This document shows, one piece after another, positions 54,114 to 64,000 of a stretch of DNA of 64,000 nucleotides. The position numbers and the translations under genes were made by a program. How positions within the stretch are numbered: position 1 is the first letter of the stretch; every line of letters starts with the position of its first letter. The notes beneath the pieces were generated by a model. It was not told the DNA's origin, ran no database searches, and saw nothing but the letters and a program-made list of their open reading frames with translations. This stretch comes from an uncultured delta proteobacterium (GTDB taxonomy: Bacteria > Desulfobacterota > Binatia > UBA9968), in assembly GCA_963847445.1 (NCBI GenBank), contig CAWJZV010000030.1, forward strand, positions 384,001 through 448,000. The letters run 5' to 3'.

Positions 54114-55214
54114 ATGACTCAGTCATTTCCGATCATCGATGCCGATGCCCATGTCATCGAAACCGAACGCACCTGGGACTATCTCGATGAATCCGACCGC
54201 AAGTACCGGCCGCGGCTTTATTCCACGCCCAACGAGCCAATGCGCCAGTATTGGGTCTTGGAAGACAAGATCGCCGGCTTTCGCTTTCTCACGCTGAGCG
54301 AGCGCGAGCTGCGCGAGTTCGCCGACCGCGCCGGCAGGAATTTCGCCACGCCGCAGGCGGCGCGCGAGTTGGACGATGTCGAGCTACGCCTCAAACACAT
54401 GGACGAGCTGGGCATCGACGTTCAGGTGCTGCACAACACCTTCTGGATCGAACAGGTGACCAGCAACCGTCAAGCCGAAGTCGCGGTGTGCCGCAGTTGG
54501 AACCGCTGGCTCGCCGATATTTCGCGGCAAAGCCATGGCCGGCTATTTTACTCCTGCGTCGTGCCGGCCCTCGACATCGACGCAGCCATCGCCGAAATCA
54601 AGTTCGCCAAGGACAACGGCGGTGTCGCCGTCTGCATGCGCCCCCTCGAAGGCGACCGCCATTTATCCGATCCCTATTTTTATCCGATCTATCAAACCGC
54701 CAGCGATCTCGACCTCGCGATCGCCGTGCATATCGCCAACGGCAATCCAGCGAACGCCGACCTCTATCGCCAAGCGCCGGCCGGCCGCTTCGCCCAGTTC
54801 CGCGTGCCGACGGTCACCGCCTGCTTCGATGTCATCATGAGCGAGCTGCACCAAGTGTTTCCCAAACTGCGTTGGGGATTTATCGAAGCGTCGGCCCAGT
54901 GGGTACCCTGGATCGCCCGCGAGACCGCGATCCGCTACCGCGCCCAAGGACGGACTTTTCCCGAGAACGTTTTCGGCGAATACCAGATCTACGTCACCTG
55001 CCAGACCAACGACGACGTGCCCTATGTGGTCAATTGCTGCGGCGAGGATCGCCTGGTGATTGGCACCGACTACGGCCACACCGACCCGTCAAGCGCGGTG
55101 ACCGCGTTGAACGAATTTCAACGGATGGAAGGCTTGGACGCGTCGGTCAAAGAAAAAATCCTCTCGCATAACGCCAAGGCGCTTTACAATCTAAGCAGCA
55201 ATGGCGTTCATTAG
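54114..55214 (+). CDS. Amidohydrolase_2 family protein
   Basis: IDADAHVIE, FPKLRWGFIEA and GTDYGH motifs. Confidence 0.9.
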   Translation: MTQSFPIIDADAHVIETERTWDYLDESDRKYRPRLYSTPNEPMRQYWVLEDKIAGFRFLTLSERELREFADRAGRNFATPQAARELDDVELRLKHMDELGIDVQVLHNTFWIEQVTSNRQAEVAVCRSWNRWLADISRQSHGRLFYSCVVPALDIDAAIAEIKFAKDNGGVAVCMRPLEGDRHLSDPYFYPIYQTASDLDLAIAVHIANGNPANADLYRQAPAGRFAQFRVPTVTACFDVIMSELHQVFPKLRWGFIEASAQWVPWIARETAIRYRAQGRTFPENVFGEYQIYVTCQTNDDVPYVVNCCGEDRLVIGTDYGHTDPSSAVTALNEFQRMEGLDASVKEKILSHNAKALYNLSSNGVH

Positions 55215-55263
55215 GCGGAGAGATTCCAGGGTAAGCGAATGTAGCGCACAAGCCGGCAAGGTT

Positions 55264-55403
55264 TGTCGGATGCGTTGACCCAAGGGAAGCGCATCGTTGA
55301 TGAGTCGCACTCGCTCGATGCGGTTCGCCGACTCACCCCATTCTACAGGTTTCGCCATTTTGATTGTCCGCAGGTGTAAGTAATCACATGAACCACTTCG
55401 TGG
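55264..55403 (-). mobile_element. Miniature nested element, copy D (degenerate; adjacent GTAG-like REP pair)
   Basis: Reverse strand ccacgaagtggttcatgtgattacttacacctgcggacaatcaaaat, next to gatgcg...cgcatc hairpins. Confidence 0.45.
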
Positions 55404-55507
55404 CGCATATTTCTTGCAGGACAGCGATTTTTCGTTGGCTCTGTCCCGCCAGGCGATCTCTGCGCGACAGCGTTGAGTTTCCCCAAGTGACAGGCTAGAG
55501 TCGCGCC

Positions 55508-56803
55508 ATGAATTTGCCGCACCTCGAATCGTCTCTCAATCGGCTGCTGACGACCGTGTCGCGGGGCACCGCGACGATTCTCGACCGCGCCCTTTCCGGG
55601 CAGGATCTGTCAGTCGACGAGGCAACGACGCTGTTCGAGGCGGACGGGTCCGATTTATTAGCGATGCTCGCCGCCGCCGACCAGCTGCGCGCTCAGACCG
55701 TCGGCGACGTGGTCAGCTACGTCATCAATCGCAACATCAATTTTACCAACGTGTGCGTCAAGCAGTGCGGCTTTTGTGCCTTCAGCCGAGGCCATCTCGC
55801 CGAAGAAGGTTATTTCCTGCCGATTGAGGAAATCATCCGGCGCGCTACGGAAGCGCGCGACCTCGGCGCCAGCGAAGTGTGCATTCAAGCGGGACTGGCA
55901 CCCGGCATGGACGGTTGGCATTACGTCACACTTTGCCGCGCCGTGAAAGAAGCCCTGCCGGAACTGCATATTCACGGCTTTTCGCCCGAGGAAGTGCTCT
56001 ACGGTTCGACGCTCACCGGCGCCAGCATCCGCGATTACCTATTGGCCCTTAAAGACGCCGGCGTCGGCAGCTTGCCGGGCACGTCGGCTGAAGTATTCGT
56101 CGACGCGGTGCGCCAGCGCATCTCCCCCGGCCGCATCAGCATCGACAACTGGATCGAGGTGATCCAAACCGCCCATGAAGTCGGCATCCCGACCACCTCG
56201 ACGATCATGTACGGCCATATCGAGACGGCGCGCCATCGCGCCATTCATTTGAGCGTCCTGCGCGACGTGCAGAAACGCACCGGCGGCATCACCGAGTTCG
56301 TGCCGTTGAGCTTTGTCTACGAAGAAGCGCCGATGTCGCATCGCCAGGCGCTGCCCGAACTGCGCCATGGCGCCAGCGGCGCGGAAGTGATGAAGATGTA
56401 CGCCGTGTCGCGACTGATGCTCAACAACTGGATTCCCAACTTGCAGGTCTCTTGGGTCAAGGAAGGGCCGAAGCTGTCGCAGATCGCCCTGCTCGCCGGC
56501 GCCAACGATTTCGGCGGCACGCTGATCAACGAGAGCATTTCCACCGCCGCCGGCGCCGGCTACGGCCAGCTGATGAAGCCGTCGCAATTCCGCGGCCTGA
56601 TCCGTGAAATGAGCCGCATCCCGGCGGAGCGCTCGACCACCTATCAAAAAGTCCGCGTCTTCGAGACCGAAGACAATCACCGCGACCTGCTCGACGAGAT
56701 CAACGACCCGGCGCAGCGCTTCGGCTCCTATCAGAATCTAATTCACCTCAAAGACTACCGCTTCCGCGATTTTTACAAGGAACAGCGCAGTCCCAAGCAA
56801 TAA
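55508..56803 (+). CDS. cofH: Radical SAM FO synthase subunit CofH (CofH/MqnC family)
   Basis: YVINRNINFTNVC..QCGFCAF, PGTSAE, TIMYGH, TGGITEFVPL, QVSWVKEG and GGTLINESIS. Confidence 0.8.
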   Translation: MNLPHLESSLNRLLTTVSRGTATILDRALSGQDLSVDEATTLFEADGSDLLAMLAAADQLRAQTVGDVVSYVINRNINFTNVCVKQCGFCAFSRGHLAEEGYFLPIEEIIRRATEARDLGASEVCIQAGLAPGMDGWHYVTLCRAVKEALPELHIHGFSPEEVLYGSTLTGASIRDYLLALKDAGVGSLPGTSAEVFVDAVRQRISPGRISIDNWIEVIQTAHEVGIPTTSTIMYGHIETARHRAIHLSVLRDVQKRTGGITEFVPLSFVYEEAPMSHRQALPELRHGASGAEVMKMYAVSRLMLNNWIPNLQVSWVKEGPKLSQIALLAGANDFGGTLINESISTAAGAGYGQLMKPSQFRGLIREMSRIPAERSTTYQKVRVFETEDNHRDLLDEINDPAQRFGSYQNLIHLKDYRFRDFYKEQRSPKQ

Positions 56804-56841
56804 GGTCGCGACTCCCCCGCCACGCAGCGTAATTCTTAGCG

Positions 56842-57462
56842 ATGATCGGCGATCCCAGTCAGTTCGAAGCCATCGGCAATCGCCTGGGCTTCGATATTGT
56901 TGAAGACTCCCCTGAGCGGCTGCGCTTGAGCTGGCAAGGCGCGCGCTTCCCGGCCTTTCTCTGTGTCGGCATCGCTGTGCTTCTCTTATTCGTCAGTGTG
57001 CCGATTCTTCAAGCGCTGCATCTGCGCGGCTTCGTCGGGCCGGCCGGCTCGCTATGGTATTTCCCTTTAATGAATCTCGTGCTGTTCGGCATCGCGATTT
57101 TTCTGGTCACCCAGCGGCGCACCATCGTCCTCGATAGCAGCGCCAGGTCTTTCGAGCTTTGCCGCCAGAGTTTTTACCGCAAGACCAAACTCATCGCGTC
57201 ATTCGACGAGATTGAAAATATCACACTGAGCATCGACCAAGTATTCAGCGGCTTTGCCATCGGCGGCTCGACCTCGGCCGAAAGCTTTCCGGTGCCGGCG
57301 CTGCGAATTCATTTTAGCGGCGTCGACGCCGCCCTGCTCGACCGCGGCAGCCTGCGCCGGCTGGAAGATACCGGCAAAAAGATCGCCGCGAGAATAGGTA
57401 AGCCGTTAGAGATCGCGCCGGAGCTGGCCAGCGGCGATCCCGGTGCGAAACCCAAAAGATAA
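56842..57462 (+). CDS. Hypothetical membrane protein (2 TM segments plus soluble domain)
   Basis: Two hydrophobic segments; host-like codon usage. Confidence 0.7.
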   Translation: MIGDPSQFEAIGNRLGFDIVEDSPERLRLSWQGARFPAFLCVGIAVLLLFVSVPILQALHLRGFVGPAGSLWYFPLMNLVLFGIAIFLVTQRRTIVLDSSARSFELCRQSFYRKTKLIASFDEIENITLSIDQVFSGFAIGGSTSAESFPVPALRIHFSGVDAALLDRGSLRRLEDTGKKIAARIGKPLEIAPELASGDPGAKPKR

Positions 57463-57640
57463 AGTAGCTGAACTCCGCGCCTCTGAGACTTTGAAATTAT
57501 GAGCAATCTTCCCGGTCGTGTCATCCTGAGCAAAGTTAGGATCTCGCCTAGTATGCCGCTTACGAAGGCCGAGATTCCTCGGCCTTGGCGCGGAAGGACA
57601 ATAGCGACGTCAGCGTCTCTGCGGTGAAAAGTCCGGCGAA

Positions 57641-58309
57641 TCACGACGCCGGCCGGCGCGATAAAATATCGTGCAGTTGGCCAATGGCTTTTTTGACCCC
57701 TTCTTGGGCTAGTTGATCGGCGCTCAACCAGCGCACGCCGCGCTGGCTGATATCGCCGAGAGAGAAGATACTTTCGCTAAGGGATTTTTGGGTTTCGTCG
57801 AAGCGCGCCGTCCAGATGATATCACCGCGCCGAACATCGACCAGGTCGAGGATAAACGCCACCGAGGCCGGGCTCTTGGCACCCCACTCATCGCCGACCC
57901 GCTCACGAAAACGCTGCACCCGTGCCATCATTACGGCATCGGCGTAGACCATCTCGCCGACCCGTTTGAGCCGAGCCTCCTCGCTGCTGGGCGGCACACT
58001 GATGACCGCCTCGCGCACTTCGCTCTCGGAAACCACTTGCCAGTTGGGCAGCGCCGCCATCGCCGCGTGGGTATAACGCGCCAAGGATTCCGGCGCTTCC
58101 TTCTCCGAAGCGCGCGCCACCGTCGCGGCGCCGAACGGCACGCTCGGAGCCGGTGCGGGCACAGATATAACCGGCGGCAGCACGGCGATGCGGCGAATCC
58201 GCCGACCTTCCAAATCGCTGGACTGCTTGGTTTGCAAGGTCTCCGGAAAAATACCGCAGCTGGAACCGGTTGCGAGCAAAAGAAGCCCAAGGATAATCGT
58301 CTTGTACAT
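57641..58309 (-). CDS. Lipoprotein (CsgG/TolB-N/LpoB-like fold)
   Basis: Signal peptide ending in TGSSC, RRIAVLPP, ADAVM and LVDVRRGDIIW. Confidence 0.75.
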   Translation of the reverse strand: MYKTIILGLLLLATGSSCGIFPETLQTKQSSDLEGRRIRRIAVLPPVISVPAPAPSVPFGAATVARASEKEAPESLARYTHAAMAALPNWQVVSESEVREAVISVPPSSEEARLKRVGEMVYADAVMMARVQRFRERVGDEWGAKSPASVAFILDLVDVRRGDIIWTARFDETQKSLSESIFSLGDISQRGVRWLSADQLAQEGVKKAIGQLHDILSRRPAS

Positions 58310-58401
58310 GGGGTGCCGGTGAAAATAACAGAAGCGCTGCCGCGGCTCAAGAAAAACTTGCGCTGGCGCGGCTAACAACGCTCAAATTCTCAAAGTAGTA
58401 C

Positions 58402-60204
58402 CTACTTGTCTGAACCGCTGAGACGTATGCCCAACTCGCGCAGTTGGCGTGGCGCCACTTCGGAGGGCGCCTCGGTAAGCATACAGACGGCCCGCTGGCT
58501 TTTCGGGAAGGCGATGACGTCGCGCAACGACTTGGCGCCGCTCAAAAGCATCGCCAAGCGATCGATGCCGATGGCGATACCGCCGTGGGGCGGCGCGCCG
58601 AAGCTCAACGCTTCGAGCAAGAAACCGAACTTGGCCTGCGCTTCCTCGGCGTCAATGCCCATGAGGCCGAGAATTTTTTTTTGTAACTCGACCTGATGAA
58701 TACGGATGCTGCCGCCGCCGACTTCGGTGCCGTTCATCGCTAAGTCGTAGGCCTTGGAGCGAGATTTGGCCGGCTCGCTGTCGAGCAGGTGCAGGTCTTC
58801 GTCCAAAGGCGCGGTGAACGGATGATGCAAGGCGACGTATCGTTTTTCCTCGGCGTCATATTCCACCAACGGGAAGTCCACCACCCAGACCAGTGCGTAA
58901 TCTTTGGCCGGGATCAGCCCGAGCTTTTCGCCCAGGTGCAAACGCAAGTTGCCCAATGAATCATGGACGATCTTGGCGCTGTCGGCGGAGAACAGCACGA
59001 CATCGCCGACCTGCGCCTGGCAAATTCTTTCGACTTCTTTTTGCTCCGAAACGGACAAAAACTTGGCGATGGGCGACTGCCAACCCTCAGCGGTAATCTT
59101 CGCCCATGCGACGCCCTTAGCGCCAAAGGTCGCCACGAACGGCGTCATGTCGTCCAAATCCTTGCGCGACATGGCGCCGCCATTGGGAATACGCATGCCT
59201 TTGACCACACCGCCCTTTTGCATCGCGCCGGTGAAGACCTTGGCCTGGCAGTTACGCAGCGCAGCGCTAAAATCGCTGAGCTCTAAACCGAAGCGCATGT
59301 CCGGCTTGTCCGAGCCGAAGCGATTCATCGCGTCTTCATAGGTCAGCTTGGCGAAGGGCCGCTTAAGCTCGATTCCCTTCAGTTCTTTGAACAAGAGCGA
59401 GATCATACCCTCGACAATCTCCATGACCTCTTCCGGTTGAACAAACGACAGCTCCATATCGAGCTGGGTGAACTCCGGCTGGCGGTCGGCGCGCAGATCT
59501 TCGTCGCGAAAACATTTGACGATCTGAAAATAGCGATCCAGGCCGCCGACCATCAAGATCTGCTTGAACAACTGCGGCGACTGCGGCAAGGCGTAAAATT
59601 TGCCATGATAGATGCGGCTCGGCACGAGATAATCGCGCGCCCCCTCCGGTGTGCTCTTGGTCAGCACCGGCGTCTCGACGTCGATGAACCCCAAGCCGTC
59701 GAGATAATCGCGGATCAGCTTGGTCATGCGGTAGCGCAAGAGCAGCGGTGCCAGGCTCTGGGGCCGGCGCAGGTCCAAGTAGCGATACTTGAGCCGGGTG
59801 TTTTCATTGGCGTCGGTTTCATCGTCGATGATGAACGGCGGCACCTGGGAAGCGTTGAGCAGGCGCAGGCCGCGGCTCTTCAATTCCACTGCACCGGTGG
59901 GCAGTTCCGGATTGATGTTTTCTAGCGACCGCTTGGCGAGGATGCCGCGCACGGCGATGACATCTTCGGAACGGAGTTGTTTGGCTTTCTCGTGCGAAGC
60001 CGCATCGCCTTCGGGATTGAAGACGATCTGACAAATGCCGCTGCGATCACGTAAATCGACGAAGATCACGCCGCCATGATCGCGCCGGCCATGCACCCAA
60101 CCGACCAAAGTCAATTCTTGGTCCACCGACGACGCCCGCGCTTCGCCGCAATAACAACTGCGCTGCCAATCGCCCAACTGATCGTTAAAAACTCGCTCCG
60201 CCAT
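58402..60204 (-). CDS. aspS: Aspartate--tRNA ligase
   Basis: RRDHGGVIFVDLRD, RLKYRYLDLR, STPEGARDY, CFRDEDLRADRQPEFTQ and PPHGG...GIDR. Confidence 0.98.
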   Translation of the reverse strand: MAERVFNDQLGDWQRSCYCGEARASSVDQELTLVGWVHGRRDHGGVIFVDLRDRSGICQIVFNPEGDAASHEKAKQLRSEDVIAVRGILAKRSLENINPELPTGAVELKSRGLRLLNASQVPPFIIDDETDANENTRLKYRYLDLRRPQSLAPLLLRYRMTKLIRDYLDGLGFIDVETPVLTKSTPEGARDYLVPSRIYHGKFYALPQSPQLFKQILMVGGLDRYFQIVKCFRDEDLRADRQPEFTQLDMELSFVQPEEVMEIVEGMISLLFKELKGIELKRPFAKLTYEDAMNRFGSDKPDMRFGLELSDFSAALRNCQAKVFTGAMQKGGVVKGMRIPNGGAMSRKDLDDMTPFVATFGAKGVAWAKITAEGWQSPIAKFLSVSEQKEVERICQAQVGDVVLFSADSAKIVHDSLGNLRLHLGEKLGLIPAKDYALVWVVDFPLVEYDAEEKRYVALHHPFTAPLDEDLHLLDSEPAKSRSKAYDLAMNGTEVGGGSIRIHQVELQKKILGLMGIDAEEAQAKFGFLLEALSFGAPPHGGIAIGIDRLAMLLSGAKSLRDVIAFPKSQRAVCMLTEAPSEVAPRQLRELGIRLSGSDK

Positions 60205-61488
60205 CAATTTGCCTTCCTAGCCGTCAACGCTGATTCAAGATTGTCCAGCGAGATTTCTTCTTGTTGTTTATGGGTCATATCGCGCAGTACCGCTTGCCCC
60301 TTGGCGAGTTCATCGTCGCCGAGGATCACCACCGAACGGGCTTTCAGTTTATCGGCCCGGCGCATTTGGCTTTTTAAGCTGCGCGCCTCGGCTTCGATCT
60401 CGACGCTGATGCCCTTCTGGCGTAGTCTATGCACCACTGGAAACGCCCAATCGCGCGCCTTAGCGCCAATCCAGGCAAAATAAACCGCCGGCCCGCCCAT
60501 GTCGCTGCGCTTTTGCAAGCGCAACAACATGGTCAAGCGCTCAACACCCATGGCGAAGCCCACCCCTGGTATCGGCGGCCCGCCCAGCTGCTGCACCAAA
60601 CCGTCGTAACGTCCGCCCGCCGCCACCGCGCTCTGGGAACCCAACAGCTTGGTGGTCCACTCAAAGGTGGTCCGGCAGTAGTAATCGAGACCGCGCACCA
60701 TGCGCGGATTGAGCGCGAACTCCACTTGGGTTTCCCAGAGCAATCGTTGCACGGTCTCGAAGTGGTCGCGGCAGACCGCACAAAGACTATCGACGATCGA
60801 TGGCGCGTCTTTGGTCGCGTCGATGCAGCCAACTTCTTTACAGTCCAAGGCGCGCAGCGGATTACGGTCGATGCGCCGTTGGCAGTTGCCGCACAATGCC
60901 GCCTCCCGGTCTTTCAAGAACGCCAGCAACTCTGCGCGATACTGCGGCCGGCAATCCGAGCAACCGAGGGAATTGATCTGCAATGCAGGTTCGGCTCAAG
61001 CCCAATGAGTGGAAATAATCATGGAGCAGCAAAAGCATCTCGGCGTCGATATAGGGATCGCCCCGCCCCAGCGCCTCGGCGCCGATCTGGTGGAACTGGC
61101 GCATGCGCCCCTTTTGCGGCCGCTCGCGGCGAAACATCGGCCCCATGTAATAGAGCTTGCGCACCGGCTCGACCTTGTACATCTCGGCTTCGACATAGGC
61201 GCGCACCACCCCGGCGGTGCCTTCCGGGCGCAATGTCAGCTTAGTACCTTCGGCCGCCTCCCCCGCGCGGGCATCGCGATCTTCGAAGGTGTACATCTCC
61301 TTCTCGACGATATCCGTGGTCTCACCGATGGAACGGCTGAACAGCTCGGTCTTTTCGAGTATCGGAATACGAATCTCGGCGAAATTGTAAGCATTGAAAA
61401 CCTGGCGCGCCTGGACTTCTACCCATTGCCAAGTCTCCACCTCGCCGGGAAAGATGTCGGCAAAGCCTTTTATGCTGGTGATTTTCAT
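60204..61488 (-). CDS. hisS: Histidine--tRNA ligase (frameshift near 60990, likely sequencing indel)
   Basis: TDIVEKEMY, LRPEGTA, FRRERPQKGR, VRGLDYY and GGRYDGL. Confidence 0.97.
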
Positions 61489-61561
61489 GGCGGCGATTTT
61501 CAGCGTCCCAACAGGACACCATAAGAGTTGAACGAGTTCAAGTTAGCGCTACGCGTGAGCC

Positions 61562-62284
61562 CTACGCGCGGGCATCGTAGCGGTAAATCCGCGAGCGCCG
61601 GGTGGTGCCGTGAAGCTGGCTGAAGAGAAAACCGCGAAAGGTCATATAATAAGCCAGCAGTAGACCGAGCACCAACGCGGCAACGAATAACTGGACAATC
61701 GCCGGTAGACCGAAAAGCAGCGACGAAAAAAAATCCAAGAAGAAATAGCCGGCGGCGAACAAAATCAAATTCGGCACCAGCCATTCGATCCAGTTCTCGA
61801 CGATGAAGTTGTAGCTAGCACCGATCAGCTCCAATCCCGAGACCCGCCCCTGGTAGATCATTTCTGGGACGGCATTGAGCAGGACGAATAAACCGAGCCG
61901 CAGCAACAGATAAACCAACCAGCCGTTGGGCACGCCGCCGAGCAGATTGGCTGCCGCCCACATGGGCAGCCAGAGGATGAAGAAGAAGGTGATCAAATCG
62001 CCCAAGTAGACCAGAAAGCCGTTAAGAAAATCGTTGATGTCGGTCTTGCCGCTCTCGACCATGTTTTTAACCAGATAAAGCCCCGAACTGGCGCAGGCGG
62101 AACTGACCAACGAATAGACCAAGCCGCCAACGATCCCGAGCGGCCCAGCGACGACTCCGGCTAGAGTCAAGATGATGCCGTAGGCCACCGGCGCGAGACT
62201 CACCACCCAGTTCTTGCGCACGCAGTCCCAAGACTTGCTGAGTGCCATAGTGTAGAGCCAGAGCGTCACTTGAAGAGTTTTCAT
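61562..62284 (-). CDS. Conserved hypothetical integral membrane protein
   Basis: About 6 TM segments; NAVPEMIY and FIVENWIEWLVPN. Confidence 0.8.
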   Translation of the reverse strand: MKTLQVTLWLYTMALSKSWDCVRKNWVVSLAPVAYGIILTLAGVVAGPLGIVGGLVYSLVSSACASSGLYLVKNMVESGKTDINDFLNGFLVYLGDLITFFFILWLPMWAAANLLGGVPNGWLVYLLLRLGLFVLLNAVPEMIYQGRVSGLELIGASYNFIVENWIEWLVPNLILFAAGYFFLDFFSSLLFGLPAIVQLFVAALVLGLLLAYYMTFRGFLFSQLHGTTRRSRIYRYDARA

Positions 62285-62553
62285 AGCGACCAGTTATAGC
62301 AGAAAAATCTCGCTGATTCAGAGCTACGGGCGATTTGGTGATTGATCGGCCGGCGCGTCGATAACCGGCTCGCGACTGCGCAATAGCGGTGCTGTGCATG
62401 GACCCAACCCCGATCGCTGGAGAGGATAGATGAAGTCAATCCATCCAAGGCTTTGCTCAGATAATTCATGTGATAGGTGAAGATGGGGAGCTAGCGCCGC
62501 CGCTACCTCAAGCGGAGCGTTTCATCGACTTGCAATACTTGAAAGCAGCAGGG

Positions 62554-62859
62554 TTACAATAGCGGCATAGCAGAATAGCAGGTATAAATCTGCACGTCGT
62601 TTTCCTCGATGCGTTTGCCGTGGGTAATCAGCTTGACGATACTGCAAACGTTGCGGCTGATATCGCCCAGATTGGTTACCGGGAAGCCATCGTCGAGATA
62701 GCGGCCAATAAACTTGGCCGCCCCGAGTTCGACGATTTGTAAATAATCGTTGTTGGCGTCGAAATATTGCTTGACGTCGGGTGCCGGATTATCCAAGTCT
62801 TCCTGAATCGCCCTGGTGATCTTGATTCCGACAAACAGGCGCTTGGCTGCTTCATCCAT
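62554..62859 (-). CDS. Hypothetical protein
   Basis: AGGAG RBS; 100-aa ORF (RLFVGIKI...NVCSIVKLI). Confidence 0.65.
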   Translation of the reverse strand: MDEAAKRLFVGIKITRAIQEDLDNPAPDVKQYFDANNDYLQIVELGAAKFIGRYLDDGFPVTNLGDISRNVCSIVKLITHGKRIEENDVQIYTCYSAMPLL

Positions 62860-62947
62860 CGACAAATTCTCCTTACTGGTGAGTCTTTATTCGCTAATGA
62901 TAATTTAACTTCACACCGAGTAAAAGCCTTAATTGTGGCCCGGCACT

Positions 62948-64000
62948 TTAGCCAAACCGTGACCGGCTGAGGTCGCGCGCTAGGCAAAGACCAAGCTTGC
63001 CATTTTGATCGCGAATCAACCCGGCGCCGTGGCGCGACGTCGGCAGGTTTTCCGGCCCGATCTTAAGATCGTTGACATGCAGATGGCCGTGGAAAGTATC
63101 AACTTCAAGCATTGCTTTAGCTTCGCGATGAACGCCTTTGGGATCGCGCCCTTCGGCCACATCGGCCATCGCCTTATGCCAGATCCGCCTGAGCATGATC
63201 ACGCCGCGATCCGACGATGCCAGATGCTCCAGGCGGCGCTCAGGAATCTCGCCCTGGGACTCCTGCAATACCAGATCTTCTAGCGCCGGGATACCTTCCC
63301 AGCCTTTGTAGCGGCGCTTGTCGTAGGGCTTCTCTTCGGCCGTGCCTTTTAAATTTTTCGGCAAGCCGAACAGCCAGCCGCCGGTAAAATTGCCCTGGCG
63401 CGTCAAGCTGTAGCGAATCAGTTCGAAATGGCTGTCGTCGATGATGCGAATCATGCCGCCGCCTTCTTGCCGTTCATCGGTGAAATCGGGCGGAAAACCC
63501 GAGCGGATGCCGGAAAAGCGCCAGTGCACCGGCAGCACCAGGCTCCAAGTGTTGACGAACTTCACCTGAGGATCGCCGGTGTCGAGCACCGAGACGGTCT
63601 TCATGCCGAAGTCGGTTTCGACATGTTCGAGCGGCAACGGCGACCAATTTTTGATGCTGTAATCGTTGTAGGGTTTCAGCTCATCGGGAATATCGCGCAC
63701 CACCAGGCCGTGCAGGATCGTCGCATGGCCCATATCGGCGAAATTCTCCATCCAGTTGAGATAATTGTAGTTGCGAATATCGCCGTCGGCGAGTTTGACG
63801 ACCCCGTCGTCGCGCGCCAGCACGTCGATCTTAGGCAACGGCGGCGGATTTTCTTTCTCCGGCCCCATGTAGGTCCAGATCACGCCGCCCCACTCTTGGA
63901 CCGGATACCACAGATGGCGAATGTTATCCTTTACTTTACTATCGCAAGGCTCCAGCGGCGTGTCGATGCAACGTCCCATAACGTCGTACTTCCAGCCATG
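62948..64000 (-). CDS. Rieske oxygenase (phthalate dioxygenase-like), 5' part outside window
   Basis: HGWKYD, YPVQEWGG, ENFADMGH...LH and EHLASSDRG. Confidence 0.88.
   Translation of the reverse strand, partial: HGWKYDVMGRCIDTPLEPCDSKVKDNIRHLWYPVQEWGGVIWTYMGPEKENPPPLPKIDVLARDDGVVKLADGDIRNYNYLNWMENFADMGHATILHGLVVRDIPDELKPYNDYSIKNWSPLPLEHVETDFGMKTVSVLDTGDPQVKFVNTWSLVLPVHWRFSGIRSGFPPDFTDERQEGGGMIRIIDDSHFELIRYSLTRQGNFTGGWLFGLPKNLKGTAEEKPYDKRRYKGWEGIPALEDLVLQESQGEIPERRLEHLASSDRGVIMLRRIWHKAMADVAEGRDPKGVHREAKAMLEVDTFHGHLHVNDLKIGPENLPTSRHGAGLIRDQNGKLGLCLARDLSRSRFG

Noticed and set aside
58402-60204. Calling AspRS non-discriminating
   Set aside because: The DHGG His fits, but the second determinant (Gly) is not evident, so it cannot be decided by eye.
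60960-61010. Programmed frameshift or pseudogenisation of hisS (also recQ and many others)
   Set aside because: hisS is essential, and single-base indels are scattered through the window with no shared slippery motif; sequencing error is the simpler explanation.

Overview
GC-rich bacterial chromosome segment. The gene content (many amidohydrolase_2 paralogs, orphan NMT1/THI5-type solute-binding proteins, Rieske oxygenases, cofH, a TAXI receptor) resembles Candidatus Binatota-type Deltaproteobacteria; this is an inference. Many indel frameshifts, even in hisS and recQ, point to an unpolished long-read assembly. Layout: (1) 1-5.9 kb: DUF72, beta-propeller, flavin reductase, cupin, persulfide-dioxygenase-like MBL, recQ. 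(2) ~5.9-19.4 kb: an accessory, partly low-GC defence-like island with a TIR/NDT-like fusion, a sigma54-preceded receiver and PAS-GAF-GGDEF, a type III R-M (mod-res), an integrase-less array of integron-like gene cassettes (one clear attC site; one cassette bounded by perfectly complementary 10-bp core sites; one HEPN-motif gene), a RAYT relic and BrnT/BrnA. (3) 19.5-46.7 kb: a Psr/Arr-type molybdoenzyme with an NrfC-NrfD fusion, then a long minus-strand catabolic cluster. (4) 46.8-64 kb: tandem TPR proteins, a YeeE/YedE pair, a stand-alone MORC-like GHKL ATPase, Rieske oxygenases, cofH, aspS and hisS. Intergenic regions carry several REP families and a nested miniature element family present in four copies.
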